64,000 nt of DNA, taken from the NCBI GenBank assembly GCA_964019335.1, contig OZ025648.1:310001-374000 (forward strand). Reading direction: 5' to 3'. The stretch comes from Diplonema japonicum (Eukaryota > Protista > Euglenozoa: Diplonemea). The position numbers and the translations under genes were made by a program. Position 1 is the first letter of the stretch, and every line of letters begins with the position of its first letter. Of this stretch, positions 45,054-57,660 are shown in pieces. A model generated the notes under the pieces. That model saw nothing but the letters and a program-made list of their open reading frames with translations. It was not told the origin of the DNA and made no database searches.

Positions 45054-45773
45054 TCTTTTTTTTTTTTTTTTTTGTGTATGAAAGAAAACTGAGAACGGAG
45101 TAAGGAGTTATGTCACGGACATGTAGGGGGGGGGGGGGGGGGAGAGAACTAAGATTGATGACGGTAATAGGGTATATAGGGGAAAGGGGTGTTGGTTTTT
45201 CTTTTTTTTTTCACTATGATCTGAATGGGGGGAGGAAAGGGATGTTATGGCTATTTGACTAAAAAAAAGAATTTTTTTTTTTCGTGGATGACAAAATGAA
45301 TGATGATACTCTCTCTTTTTCACGTTCTTTTGTGTGTGTATGTAGGGGGAAAAAAAAGAGAAAAAAAATGGGGCTTTGATTGCAACACTAGGTGGCGTTA
45401 AGCGTGCAATGAAGCACGAACTACCTACTTGATTACAGGGGGCGCTCCTCGGCCGAGCAGTAGCTTCTTCTGCGTTCCGCGTCGTGTCCTTAATGCGTGC
45501 GGTGTGCTCAACCCTAGCCGGGGCGTCCCGGGTAACCAAGATTCTGCGCTCGTGCAGTTTGCTGCCTGTTCGTCACCCTGAGCACCTGCGTTACGTTCTT
45601 CCACTCGGGCGCTACCGGTGATGACCGACGAGGAGGTCAACAGCGAACAACACATCTGATGTACTTCTTATATTTCCATGTTATCCCCACCACCTTAATA
45701 AAAAAAAAATTTAACACACACTTTTTTTTTTCCTTCATTTCTTTTTTTCCCCCCCCCTTCCTTCCTTGATATT

Positions 45774-48700
45774 CTACTTACGTGGTTTTCTAACCACTCT
45801 CTTTTTCCTGTCACCAGACGGTGCACCGGAGAAGGCACGCTTGCGCGAACCCGGTTTAGCTGAGGACCCATCGGTGGTGGGCAAAAGTTTGGATTCTTTC
45901 TTAGGCGCTGTTTTAACAATCGAGCGTCCCTTGGCGGCCGATCTGAAAGATTTGGCGGCGGCCTTCTTGCTGTTCAGAGCTTTCCACCGCAGGCCTTCCT
46001 TGTGGAACAGTTTCACGAACCTCTGCGAGGTCAGGGTCTCCTTCAAAACGTCCATTACTTCCTTAGCGACCTTTTTAAGAGGGGAGCCGGTGACAGGGAT
46101 GTTCCAGCAGGCGTGAATGAAGGTGATCAAACCCTTAACCTGTTCGAAGATGGGGTCTTCGTCAACTTCGTCGTTTTCCTGATCGGATGTGGGTTCAGTC
46201 TCGTCGGCGAGATCGGCAGCTTCTTCAGTGGTGTCGGGTTGGGATTTTTTAAGAGCTTTTCTTGCACGGGAACCGCTTGCTTTTTTCTTTGCTTGAGGTG
46301 TCTCAACAACAGCGATTCTTTTGTCGTTCTTGTTCATCTTGACCAACAGAACACCAACAAGCTTCACGATCGCTCCGGATCGAACAGTCCCGAAGATTTT
46401 AAAGAATGTCTGAGGTGTCATTGTTTTAAACGTAGATAAGGAGGATGGTTGCCCGGCAAACGCTGCCTCCTTGATCTCCCGCCAGATGCCTGCTACGTCC
46501 TTTGCGCCCTTCGTTGCGTCTTGGTGGTTCATGACTCTTGGTAGCAGCCATGAGAGGTTCTTGATGGCCATTGTGATGATTGAGGTATCGATATCTGTCT
46601 CGAGGTCGCTACCTGTGCCGTTGATGATGTCCTCTTCGCTCTGTTTTGCTGTCTTCCCGAGATCGTTGATCTGCTGGACGAAAGCTCTCGAAGCGTTCAC
46701 AAGCTTCCCTCGTTTTATGTTTGCTTCCTGTACTACCTCGTTGCCGAAGATTCTTGACGATGCGGTACGCACCCATGGGTGGCTGTTGTTTTTTGTGGGA
46801 CAAAAAGATTTTTTAAAAATCACGTTTACCTATGAGTCAGGTTTCCGTACACATTCTCCCACAGCCTCTCAAAGACATCGTCCTTCACCGCTTCCTTATG
46901 GTGGTTCAACACCGCCTCCAGCGCGATGGACGCGTGGTACGGGATTTCCCAGTTCTGTTTGTTTATAAATAAAAAAAAGAAGTTAAGAAAACCTGTTTGT
47001 GCAGCTTGAACATTTTCCGCCTTCTTGCACCGACGCTCGAGATGTTCTCTTCCAAAGAAGCAGGTGTCGTGAGGTCGAGCAACGCCTGTAATATTATTTA
47101 TTTACAATCCCTTCCTTTTTTTTTTTCAAATAGCATCAATCATACGTCAGGGAAGAAGTTGGACAACTTTGGCCCGCTGAGCTCCGGTGCTTCCTTCAAA
47201 AACACACAAAGCGACTGTTTTTATGTGTTTTTTTTTTCTTTTAAATTTTCCTTTTTAAAACTGATACCTGAAGTGCGGTGATTTGCAGCGCAGGCTCGCC
47301 ATCCAGCCACGAGGTGAAGATCTTCATGACATTATCGAGCTTTCCCTCTGAAAGTTTGAACAGCTTGCTGAGCACGCCAGCTGCGCGTCTCTTGACCGCG
47401 CGGTCATCGTCCGCCATCAGACGGTGAGCAAGCGGGATGAAGAAGTACTCAACCTCCTTCTTCAGCAGCGCATCGGGGAACCTCTGGAACATGATCTGCA
47501 GGATTTTTCATTACAATAAAAAAAATATAAGAAAAAAAACATACCTCCAAAAGCCCCAGCATTGCAAGCCTCCCTTGCGGGACGGGATACTGCAAATTCT
47601 GGATGACGTAGTCAATATGCGAATTGAGCTTCTTCTCCGTCATCTTCCAATCAGTTAAGAAGCGAGCGATGATGGATGCAGACAGCTGCGACACGATGAT
47701 GGACGCGGAGTGGTGAAGCATCTTTTCTTGAACAACGGGGACCAGGTCATACACCTCTGCAACTTCCACTTTTCGCACGATGATCGCCTTCAAAAGATGG
47801 AGAGCTGGGATCACAAATGTGTTCTTTTTGTCCAGGTCCGTGCGAACCAAGCTGCAGCATATCATTGCGTCGTTCTGGTTTAGTTCCGCTTGGCGGTGCA
47901 AGAGCAGAACTGCCATGAGGCGGAAGCACGCTGAGCGGATCTCCCCTGTTCTCTCGACGACCTTGAAGGCCAGCTCCATGAGGTTCTCAACGGTTTCTGT
48001 TGTTGTTGTAACGGAGAGCGACTTCAGCACCTCGTGCAGAACGAGGAGGGAGAGCGTGACCACGCTGTCGCTGGCATCGCCGCCCATGACCTCGATAAGA
48101 GGCTCAATGAGCTTGCTTACCTTTTCAACAGTGCCCTTCTCCTCCGCGTGGTTCACAAGGTTCCATGCAATGGACACCACTAGTTCATCGATACACTCCA
48201 TGGACTGCAGTGTTCTCCTTGCAGCAGCACCGGGGATCACGATACGCCGTTTTGATTCTTTCACGCTTTTTCGTCGCGCGCTTCCGAGCTGTCTCTTCTG
48301 CGAGGTCACTTCTCTCTTTTCGAAGCCTCGGTCTCTTCTTTCGGGTTCGTTCAGGACTTCGTGGTCCTTCTTCTGTGCTTCTCGGATGGACGAGATCTTC
48401 TCGGTAAGGGAGGACGAGGTGAGGCGGACCTTCATCGCGTTCATCTTCAGTTCGAACTTCTCGAGGAAGGTGTCGCGGTGGGATGTGTTGGACTGCATGG
48501 TGGACGCGGAGTAGGAAACCAGATCTTCAACGTCCGACGCCTTGTTGGCGCAGACACCGCGTGCGCACCTTCTGAGCATTGTCTTCACTTTTGTGATGAG
48601 GTCCAGTCCCGTGCTTGTGTCTACTACGTCGACGTCGTCATCGTCGTCATCGTCTCGTGTCTTCCGCTTTTTGAACCTTTTCTCCTCTGGACGGTACTCT

Positions 48701-51700
48701 TTCTTCAGTTTTTCTGTCGGTGTGAACATTTTTTGTATTCTGCCCACCAGCTCGTCCAAGAACGTAGTCGGCGTGGCCGTCGATGCGACCAGCTCCAGCC
48801 CTTCCAGCGACCTGTTCTTCTTGTACTCCTTCATTGTTTTTGCAAGCTCTTCGACTTCCTTTTCACTCCCACCCACTCCAATGTAGTCGTCCAGCAACGT
48901 GTCCAAGATCACGCCGAGAGCACCATCGATGTGCACTGTGATCGGGCCTTCACACTTCATAACCCTCTGCAGCATGGTCACCATTGTGTATCCCAACACG
49001 TGCAGCTGGTACCCGTGAAGCATCGTCGCCCTAAGAAGGTGTAATATCTTCTTCAGGAACGACGGTCCCAGCACCCCCAGTGCATCTCCCAGCACCTCTC
49101 TGACAGCATCCCTCTGAGGGGCTTTTTTGGTCTTCAGCTTCGAGACCATATCTGTCAAGATGGAGTCCACCACACCACCAAAGTCCACGTCTGATGGAAT
49201 GAACTTCAGCAGATTGAGGATTGTAACTGCTAGCGGTGCCCTTGTCAGCGATAGCTTTTCTTCACCGTCTTCTTTCTTGTTTCCGCCCTTCCAGAACCTG
49301 TGCACGGCGGGTATGATCTTCTCGACCAGGATATCCCCGATTCTCGCCAAGCCCTGGTTTTCCTTCCCCGGTTTTCCGTCCTCTTTCTCGTTCTGTTCGT
49401 CGTCCTCGTCTTCGTCCTGCACTGGCTTAATCTCCTGTGTGGGGAGGAAGTGGAAGCTCTCCAGAACCTGCCCAATGCACTTCGTGATGCTCTTTTCCAT
49501 GTGTATGCTAGTGACCTCCTGTCTCAGCAGCATCATGACCAGCCTGTGGTACCTCGTCCACGTCAAGTGCGTTGAGACGTGCGCGAAGGTAGTGAGCAGT
49601 GCCTGCGACTGCGCCTGGATCTTGCCCGACTCAGACTGAGTCATGTCCTCGTCCTCGTTGGACTTCTGCCCACACCACGTCTGCAGGAGCTTCAAGAAGT
49701 ACGGGATGAAGACAGCCTCCATCGTCGACTCCGCGACGTCCTTGCTGGACTGCCTGAAGGTGGCGAGCGCCTTAAGCTTCCTGGAGGCTTGGGGGTGCGT
49801 GATGTTTGCGTAGAAGTCGAAGTCAGTGTTCACATTGCTGAGGCCCGGGGTGATGGAGAACGCCAGTGCAGCGCACCCGTACACTTTCATCCACTCGCTC
49901 CTGACCAGAGGGTCATTCAGGCGCACACCCACACGTACCCCGTGTGTGACGACAGGGCAGATGACCTGTTCGTACAGTTCCTTCTTCCCCTGCTTGGCTT
50001 GGCACCTCTTCAGCGCTACGATTACTGCCTTCAAGGCTAGCGCAGCTGTCGTCCGGATCGACTGGTGGGAGTTGGCCACAAAGTACGCCAAGTTGTATGC
50101 GAGCGGCAAAATGTGCAGAGGACGCAGATCAGCTAATTGCATGCTGCCGAAGGACAAGGACGCGATGTCTGAGTTGCCCTCTGTGACGGTAACGCCCTGC
50201 GCTGTCTCAACTTCGTTTTCCTCGACGTCCATGTCCTCATCTTGGTCCTCCTTGTTGTCACCTTCAGTTGCCTTCGCTTTCCTTCGCCTCTTCCCCCACG
50301 CTTCGAAGTGCTCGGTGCACTTGTAGAAGGCGCTGATACGTGTGTCGAAGTCGTACTCTCTTCCGTTCGGGAGGAGCGTGTTGGTGGCGCAGACCAGCTT
50401 GCACGTCGCCTTGAGGAACGATGAAACGTCTTGCGGGAGATCAGGTGCGCTGTCCACAATACGGCTCATGGCGACTGCTATCTTGTAGCGTGCGGCGTCA
50501 GTCCTGATGATGTAGAAGAGAAGACTCAGCCTGCTGACAAGCTCCATGTGGTTGATGTTAGGGAGCTTTGGAAGGATGGAACACAGGACGTTGGTGCACG
50601 TGGTGACAGCCTCATGGGTGGGCCTGAGCTTCCTGTTCCGCAGACAGTCAACGAGGAACGACATCAGTTTGTTGAGGATTTCTGCGCCATCCTTGTGCTC
50701 GTCGGCGTAAGTGAGGAGGTATTCAGATGTAGCGTTGAGGGTGCTGACGGTGGCAGCGAACGCTTTGTTGTCACCCTTGAAAGTCTGCATAGTGGCAATG
50801 TGGACACCCTTCACGAAAGCGGCTGAGCACTCCATGAACATGGACGGGTTGATCTCGATGACCGAGTCAAGGATGGAAAGCACGTTGCAGTACACTTCTA
50901 AGCTGATGTTCTTCTGTCCTAGCGTCTCCGTTAGCGGGAGCAACGCGTTGAGGCTCTTCAGGATAGGCAGCAAGGACTCGTCCTCCGCAAGTACCGCGAG
51001 AAAGCTGAGCAGCGAACCCATTGTCGATGCAGCGTTGCCAAGGTCAGCGATGGGCTCCTTCAGTATACGTGTGAGGTTGTCGATGAGATCGTCGGTGTAT
51101 TTATGCTCGGGGAACTGTTTGAACACCTTTCCGAAGAGTTTCAAGGACTGCCTTCTGGCTTCCCTGTGTGCCCTGGACACCTTCCCTGTGACTTTGTACG
51201 ACCCTTCGAGGTGCGCGATCACACACTCGCAGATTCTGTCCAGCCATCCTTCCAGTCGCGAGCCAAGTCCGTCGACTACTGACGACAGGAATTCCAAGAT
51301 CTTGGAGGCACGTTTGTTGAAGCTCGAGTTGCTCTCCACAATCGGGATCACAATGTGCTGCATGAACCTGCTGAACTGCACTTCATTCGCACCGCAGATG
51401 AACGACAAGACTTGCGATCTCGTGTGGTGGGTGTTCTGCCACACCTTCGGCCTCAGAATCTTGTACACAGCCAGCTGCACATTCTCAGCCCTGACGCTCT
51501 CGAAGTCGAAGTTGAGCAGGCTGTTCTTCAACCCCTTGTGGGGAAGGAGGGAACAGAGCTTGTCCTCATACTTGCCCAATTTCTGCATTTCCTTGAAGTG
51601 CTTGAGACCGGTGATGGCAAGCTTTTGGATGGCGACATTGCTGTAAGTAAGGAGGCCCCACAGGTTGTCCTTGTAACGTTTTGCAATGGAGAGGGAGTCG

Positions 51701-54300
51701 GGGTTCGTCTGCTGAGTGAGGACCTTCAAGAAGGCAGTGATGATACTGTCCTTGTTGAGGACGATGTCAGCGTCAGCGGAGCACTGCTTCTCGTACTCGT
51801 TGAAGATGGCCTCGCAGCAGTTCGAGATGAGGCTTGCAGGAAGCTTCTCAATTAGGCTCCACAAGTTCGAGAACTGAGACTGCACTGTGGTGGCGTCATG
51901 GTTGGAGGACTCCTCCTGCTGTGCCGTGATCCAGAGAGAATCAATGGAGGCAGCTGCTTCGGTTTCCTCCTCATCGATTTCCATGTCGTCAGCGTTGCCG
52001 TTCTCGCTCCCCTCAGCATCAGATGCTGCGTCTTCGCCATCACTCTCATTGTCTTCATCCTCATCGTCATCGTTTTCATGGTGTCGGCCCCTCTGCTTCC
52101 TCGGTCTTCTCTTCACATTCCTTCCTTCTTGGTAGCTGTTCAGCTGCTTGGTGAATATCGGCCAGAACAGACCCATATCCTTCTCCGCCACCACTTGCAA
52201 CCCCTCCTGTGCCTTGCTCCACAGCGGGCGGAACCTGATGTTCAGCGCACCCAGCAAGATACTTGCTCCAAGTTCCATTTCCTCTACAGTCGGTCCCCTG
52301 TGTCTCAGCGAGCTCACGATAACATCAAAAGCAAGCACCTTGTCCCTGTTCTCAGCCAGGTCGTCGGCGCGAAGCTTCTCACCCTTCTCAGCCGCGTTGA
52401 TCATCTTCAGCGACAGGCCCTCCTCGCCGACCATGTTGCTCAAGATCTTTCCACCGCACAATCGCACGTTCGGCTTCCCACTTCGCAGCTGGGCCAAGCA
52501 GGTCTCCCTGAGTTCCTTCGGCGGTGTGTAGTCAGAGAAGATGGCTGCCCCAGCCATGGCAATGGAAGGGGACAAGGGGTTTGCGATCATAGTTGCGGCT
52601 GTGAGCTCCGCTGTTTCCTTTGCCTTGATGGCGTGCAGGAGCTTCAAAGCGAAAGACGAGATGATAACGGACTCGCCGCTCTTGACGAGCTTCAGCGCGG
52701 CAGGCTTTACCTTTGAGGCAGCGGAGGCGGGGAGCAGAGACGCGAGTTTCCAAGCAAGCCACTTGACGCTCTGCGGCTGGTCGGTGTTGAGGGCGTGCAT
52801 CACCACGTTGGCGCACGCGGGCGAGAGGGATTCTTGCGTCTCTTCGTAGAGGGAGATGATGAGGAGGAGGAGCTTCTGTTCCGTGCCAGACGTGAAGGTT
52901 TCACACTTACTCTGCACAGCGTCGACCGCACTGCTGCGCAGCGAGGACGCGAAGGCGGGGAACGACGCCAACCCGACGATGCTCTCACAAAGCACCTCGA
53001 CAGGCACGTCGATCTTGATGACCTCGCCCATGACCGCCTTGAGGGGCGTCGCGAGGGTGGTGTGCTTCGCAAAGGCAAGCACGAACTCCGTGACAGCCTG
53101 CAGACACGTCGGGATCGACTGGTTGTGGTCATCGCCCGTCGACGCCTTTGCGATGCTGACCATCTTTGCGGTGTTTGCCTCGACAAAGGTTTTGATGTAT
53201 TTAACTGTCTCGGGGCCGGTGAGCTTTTGTTTCCTCGAAATCTGTGTGATATACGAGAGAAGCGCAGCAGTCCTTTCGCGTTCCATGGCCTTGAGGGAGG
53301 TTGATGCCAGAGAGGCGATGGCGTCGATGAGCTCCAGGCCGGAGGCCGGGGTGGCGTGCTTGGATGCGTTGACCATCATGCCGTTGGTGGCGACGTGGAG
53401 GAGGTTGGAGTCGGGGGAGAGCTGCGAGGAGATGACAGAGAGGAAAAAGTCGAAGCGCGAGTGCCACTTCCCACCGACACCCTTGATACACTCGAAGAGA
53501 AGCGATGACACCCCCGCCACAGCACGGTCCATGGCTGCAGCATCCGACTTGAAGTTCGAGGTTTCAACAACCTCAACATGCGGTTTGGCAACATCAAGGC
53601 AAGCTTGGATCACGGCAGCCAGTGTGGCCTTCTCGGTGACCTTTCTCACAGCAACAGACATGGCTTCCCCTGCCAGGCGTGATATCCCACTTGACTTGTG
53701 CGACAGGGCGGCGATGAGAGGTTTCAAAATGGTAAGCAGTTCGTTCTTGCTGTCGACAAGTGGCGAGAGGATCTTCAACCACCCCGTCATCACAAGAAAC
53801 ACCGTCTTGATAAGCGTGGTGTCCCGCACAAGGAGGTTCTTCCCACATGTGAGGGATTTGATAAGCGCTGTGCCAAGGTCCTCCACGAACGGGAGGAACT
53901 GCTTTCCAAGGTCTTTGCAGAGGTGGTATGACAGCTTCGCGAAAGCTTGAAGTGAGGTGGCACCGTGCACAATTCTGGAGGCTAACGCCTTTGCGACCTT
54001 GGTCCTATGATGGACAAGAAGGGGTCTCGAGAGGACTAGGTCGACTATTTCAATTCTGAACTCTTTGAAATCAGGCACGTTGTTACTCAGTGACAGTTCG
54101 CCCAGCTCATCAGCGAAGTATGAGCCAAAGTCCCCCCCACTTGGTTTGTCGCCGACCGCTCCCCTGTAGAAAAGCGAGCCAAGAGCGCTGCTTCCCAGGC
54201 CAACATGGATCTCTGATAGCTGATGTCTGAAAATTCTCTTCTTTCCTGTGGCGTTCTCTGCTGTGGGTGTGAACACCACACCCTTGCTGTCTACATTCAT
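45774..54300 (-). CDS. UTP20: U3 snoRNP/SSU processome component UTP20 (DRIM), 6 exons
   Basis: Giant HEAT-like protein with LNIRFRPLW, EYDFDTRISAF, DFYANITHPQ, HGYQLHVLGYT, KTMKEYK, NLQYPVPQGR and HPWVR. Introns at 47496-47544, 47215-47267, 47086-47145, 46955-46992 and 46783-46829. Confidence 0.92.
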
Positions 54301-54313
54301 TGTGAGTGTTTAC

Positions 54314-54344
<31 letters not shown>

Positions 54345-56251
54345 TATGATACTGTTTTGAGGTTTTTTGACCAACTGGATGCAAAAAAAAAAAAAAAAAA
54401 AAAAAAAAATAATAATAACTTTTGAATTTTGTCCTAACGAAATCAAAGTGGAAAAAAAAAAAATTAAAAAAAAAAAAAAAAACAAGAAAAGTAACGAAAC
54501 CAACCGAAGGGAAAGAATAGAAAAATCGATAAGTGTGCAGGGGAGCGCTCACTGTTAGAAATAAGAAAAATGCGGGGGTGGGGATAAGGGAATGCGGGTT
54601 GGGGTTCTTTTTTTTTAAAAAAAAGAATACGCAAAGGGGAGAAGAGGGGAAAATGAAAATTAGCGGCAGTGCACTCTATTTTTTTATATATATATTTATT
54701 TTCTGTCTTCCCGCCCTTTTTCTCCCCTTTTTTTCTTTTCCTAACTTTATTTCCTTTTCCCTTTTTTTTTTCATTCTTTTTCTTTTCTTTTTTTTTTTCC
54801 TTTAAAGTCTGCATCTGCAATACTTGTCTTTCTTCTTCCGTATTAGAAAATAAAATAAAATAAAATACATCCCTCCAAAACTAAAAAAGCATTGAAAACG
54901 AACCAATATAATATAAAGAAAATAGGGCAATTGGGTGGAATGGGCTGTTAGAAGCATCTGGAGGGAAGAAAAAACAGAAGAATGCGGGGAAGAGGATGGT
55001 AGCCACAAGGGTACACAAGAGTACTAGAGTAGTAAACAAATAGTGAGGAATGAGATACTTCGGCAAAAAAAAAAAAGAAATCTTTGAATCTTGTTTCTTC
55101 ATCCCGGGGATATGAGACAGTCCGGAGGACCCTTACCAGGCGAGCATGGCTGCTACCATTCCCTGCTGTTCCCCCGTCTTTGGAACAGTAAAAGAATCAA
55201 TTATTATTTTTTTCTGACATTTCGTACCATGATCAGGAGGGGAAAAAAAAAAAAAAAAAAGAAAAAAAAAAGAAAAAAAAAAAAACTACAAAAATGTGGA
55301 GGAAGAAAAAAAAAAAAAAAAAAAGAGAGAATAAAAAAAAATGTTGTTTCCTACAGTGGTTGCCTCTCAATTTTGTTCTTTCTTTTTTTTTGTGTGTTTT
55401 TTTTTTGTTTCCCGTACACCCTTTCGTTCATTTTGAATCACTCACCTGTTGAATTTCTGTTCCTTTTTTTTTTTTTTTTTGCATCGGGCAAATATATTGA
55501 GGTCATAAAAAAAAAAAGTGAGTGAAGAAAAAAAAAAGGGGGGGGCACACCTTTTTCTTCTTTTACAGATAATGACAAGGCTCTTCTTGTGTAATGGTAA
55601 CACAATCAAGGACAAAGAAAAAGGAGGGGGAAAAAAGAAGAATCGGCGGGTTAGACACGGAGGAGGAAGGGGGGAATACTAGTCGTTGCTCGTACGGGCC
55701 GGGGGGGGGGGGGGGGGGGGGGGGGTAGTTATCAAAAAGTTCAAAAAAGGGTCTGGGAGAAGGACGGGGAAACTTATGCGAGTGCATCACAGTAAAAGCC
55801 TCCCCCAACGTATATTTCTTTTATAAAAAAAATATTGGAAGGCGCTCTATATGTGAAGCTGGAGTCGGGTCGGCATTATAGTGCAAAAAGTATTTCATTG
55901 CTTGAGGCTGGGAGGGGGAATAAGCTTTTGTTGTATTTATTTAATTATAAGTGACATTTGATAATCCGTATACATCCTAGAAGAGAGTACATTCGCTTTA
56001 GATTCTTCTGGGAGGTTTTGGTGTTCATTTTTTTTTTTTTTTTGTTACTTATGAAGGAGGGGGAAAAAAAAAGAGAAAAAAAAAAAAAAACTGTGTGTTT
56101 TTTTTTTTCTTTTTTTTTTTCCCCCCCCCAAAAAAAAAAGCTTTGACAATAATTGTTAGCTGTATAAAAAAGAAGAGATGAGATAAAGGAGGTTCCTGTT
56201 TTGGAACGTCCCCCTTGTCTCTACTTTCTCCTGGGGCCAAAGAACAAAAAA

Positions 56252-56613
56252 TATATGAGCTTGTCCGGAAAAAAAATGTCAATAAATGACCCTCTTTTGC
56301 AACGGAAAACCCTCGGAAAATTCTTAAGTACAAAAGTAGTCCGACACCGACTTAGGTCAATGCGCGCTTATAAGCGCAAAAAAAAGGGGGGGGATAATGC
56401 AAGCTAACCTTCGTTTTTCAGGGGCAGCCGGTTGCAAAGCCTGCCACCCTCATGGCAAAACAAGCATCGCAATTGAAAGAACGGCAACAGGTACACCACA
56501 TATGTCATCTTCCTATGGTTGCATGCTGCCCTTTTTTTGCTCAAATGGTCAAAAAAATTTTCGAACTGCCAAAAAAAAAAGTGTTGACATTTTAATCCGG
56601 ACGAGCTCATATA
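56252..56613. mobile_element. MITE-like element with ~30-bp inverted repeats
   Basis: TATATGAGCTTGTCCGGAAAAAAAATGTCAA (56252-56282) versus TTGACATTTTAATCCGGACGAGCTCATATA (56584-56613). A degenerate inverted relative lies at ~61795-61930. Confidence 0.55.
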
Positions 56614-56965
56614 AAAAAAGAATTACTATGATAGGAACGAAGTGGTTAGCAACGGCCCGCCGCGGTGGCGTGCCTACCTTATGATGCTCCCCTTTTGGGG
56701 TCGTTCCCTGCTACCCACCGCAAAAAATATAAAAGGGAAGAAGACATTCGACTAAAAAGAAAAAGAATATGCGGGTTAAAAGGCATTCTTTGTGTGAAAA
56801 GCCCAATTTTGTGGGGGGGCTTAAAAAAAAACAATAATCTTTTTCACAGTACATAAACAAAATAGGATTGGTTCCCCCATCCCCCTTTTTTCTTCTTCTT
56901 CTTCAACAATATTACTGTCGCGACTTAAAAACTAATTGATGGCAAGTAAGGAGTTATTTTAATTA

Positions 56966-57000
<35 letters not shown>

Positions 57001-57660
57001 CGCCCGCCCCGGTGTCTCTTCTTCACTTTTTTTTAAACTTATTTGAATGTCAGTACCCCGAGAAAAAAAAAACAAGAACCTCTCTCCCATGGTCGAGCTC
57101 CTCCGACTCTTCGATACTGGGCACCTAGTCGCGCCATGTTCATGTTTTTTTTTCTTAGGACACCCCCCCCTTTTTTTTCCCTCGGTTGCAAACAGGGTGG
57201 GGTGGGGATGGATTGGGGAGGGGGGTACTTTTTTTTTTACTTTATTTTCTTTCCTTTTTTTTTATACCAGTGAGGATCACACTGTCATTTCGAGAAAAAA
57301 AAAAAGAAAAAAAATATCGCTTAAACCTATCGGAGCTATTGATTGCTACACCCTCACACGTTTTATATCAATGCGGGAGAAGCAGCAAAAAAATAAAAAA
57401 AAATCTTTAAAAAAAAAGGGGGGCAAAAAGACTATTAGAATTCTTTTTTTTTTCCGTGGGAGAAAAAAAAAAGGGAGGGGAAAAAAAGAGGACTTGATCG
57501 GTCACCCCACCCCCCGTTCCCTCCCCCCTTTTTTCCCCTTCTTATTATTTTCTTGGGGGGGGGGTTTCCCCATCCAATAAAAAACCGCCTTTCCTGTTTC
57601 GGATGGGCAATCGAAGGGTGGGAGTATTCTTTTCTTTTTTTTTTTATTTTTTTTATTTTT

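Noticed and set aside
45618-45659. C box GTGATGA and D box CTGA
   Set aside because: Only ~40 nt apart and on the non-transcribed strand.
1185-47544. Non-canonical (euglenid/diplonemid-type) introns or an alternative genetic code
   Set aside because: All 23 introns resolved have GT-AG ends, and conserved proteins translate normally with the standard code.
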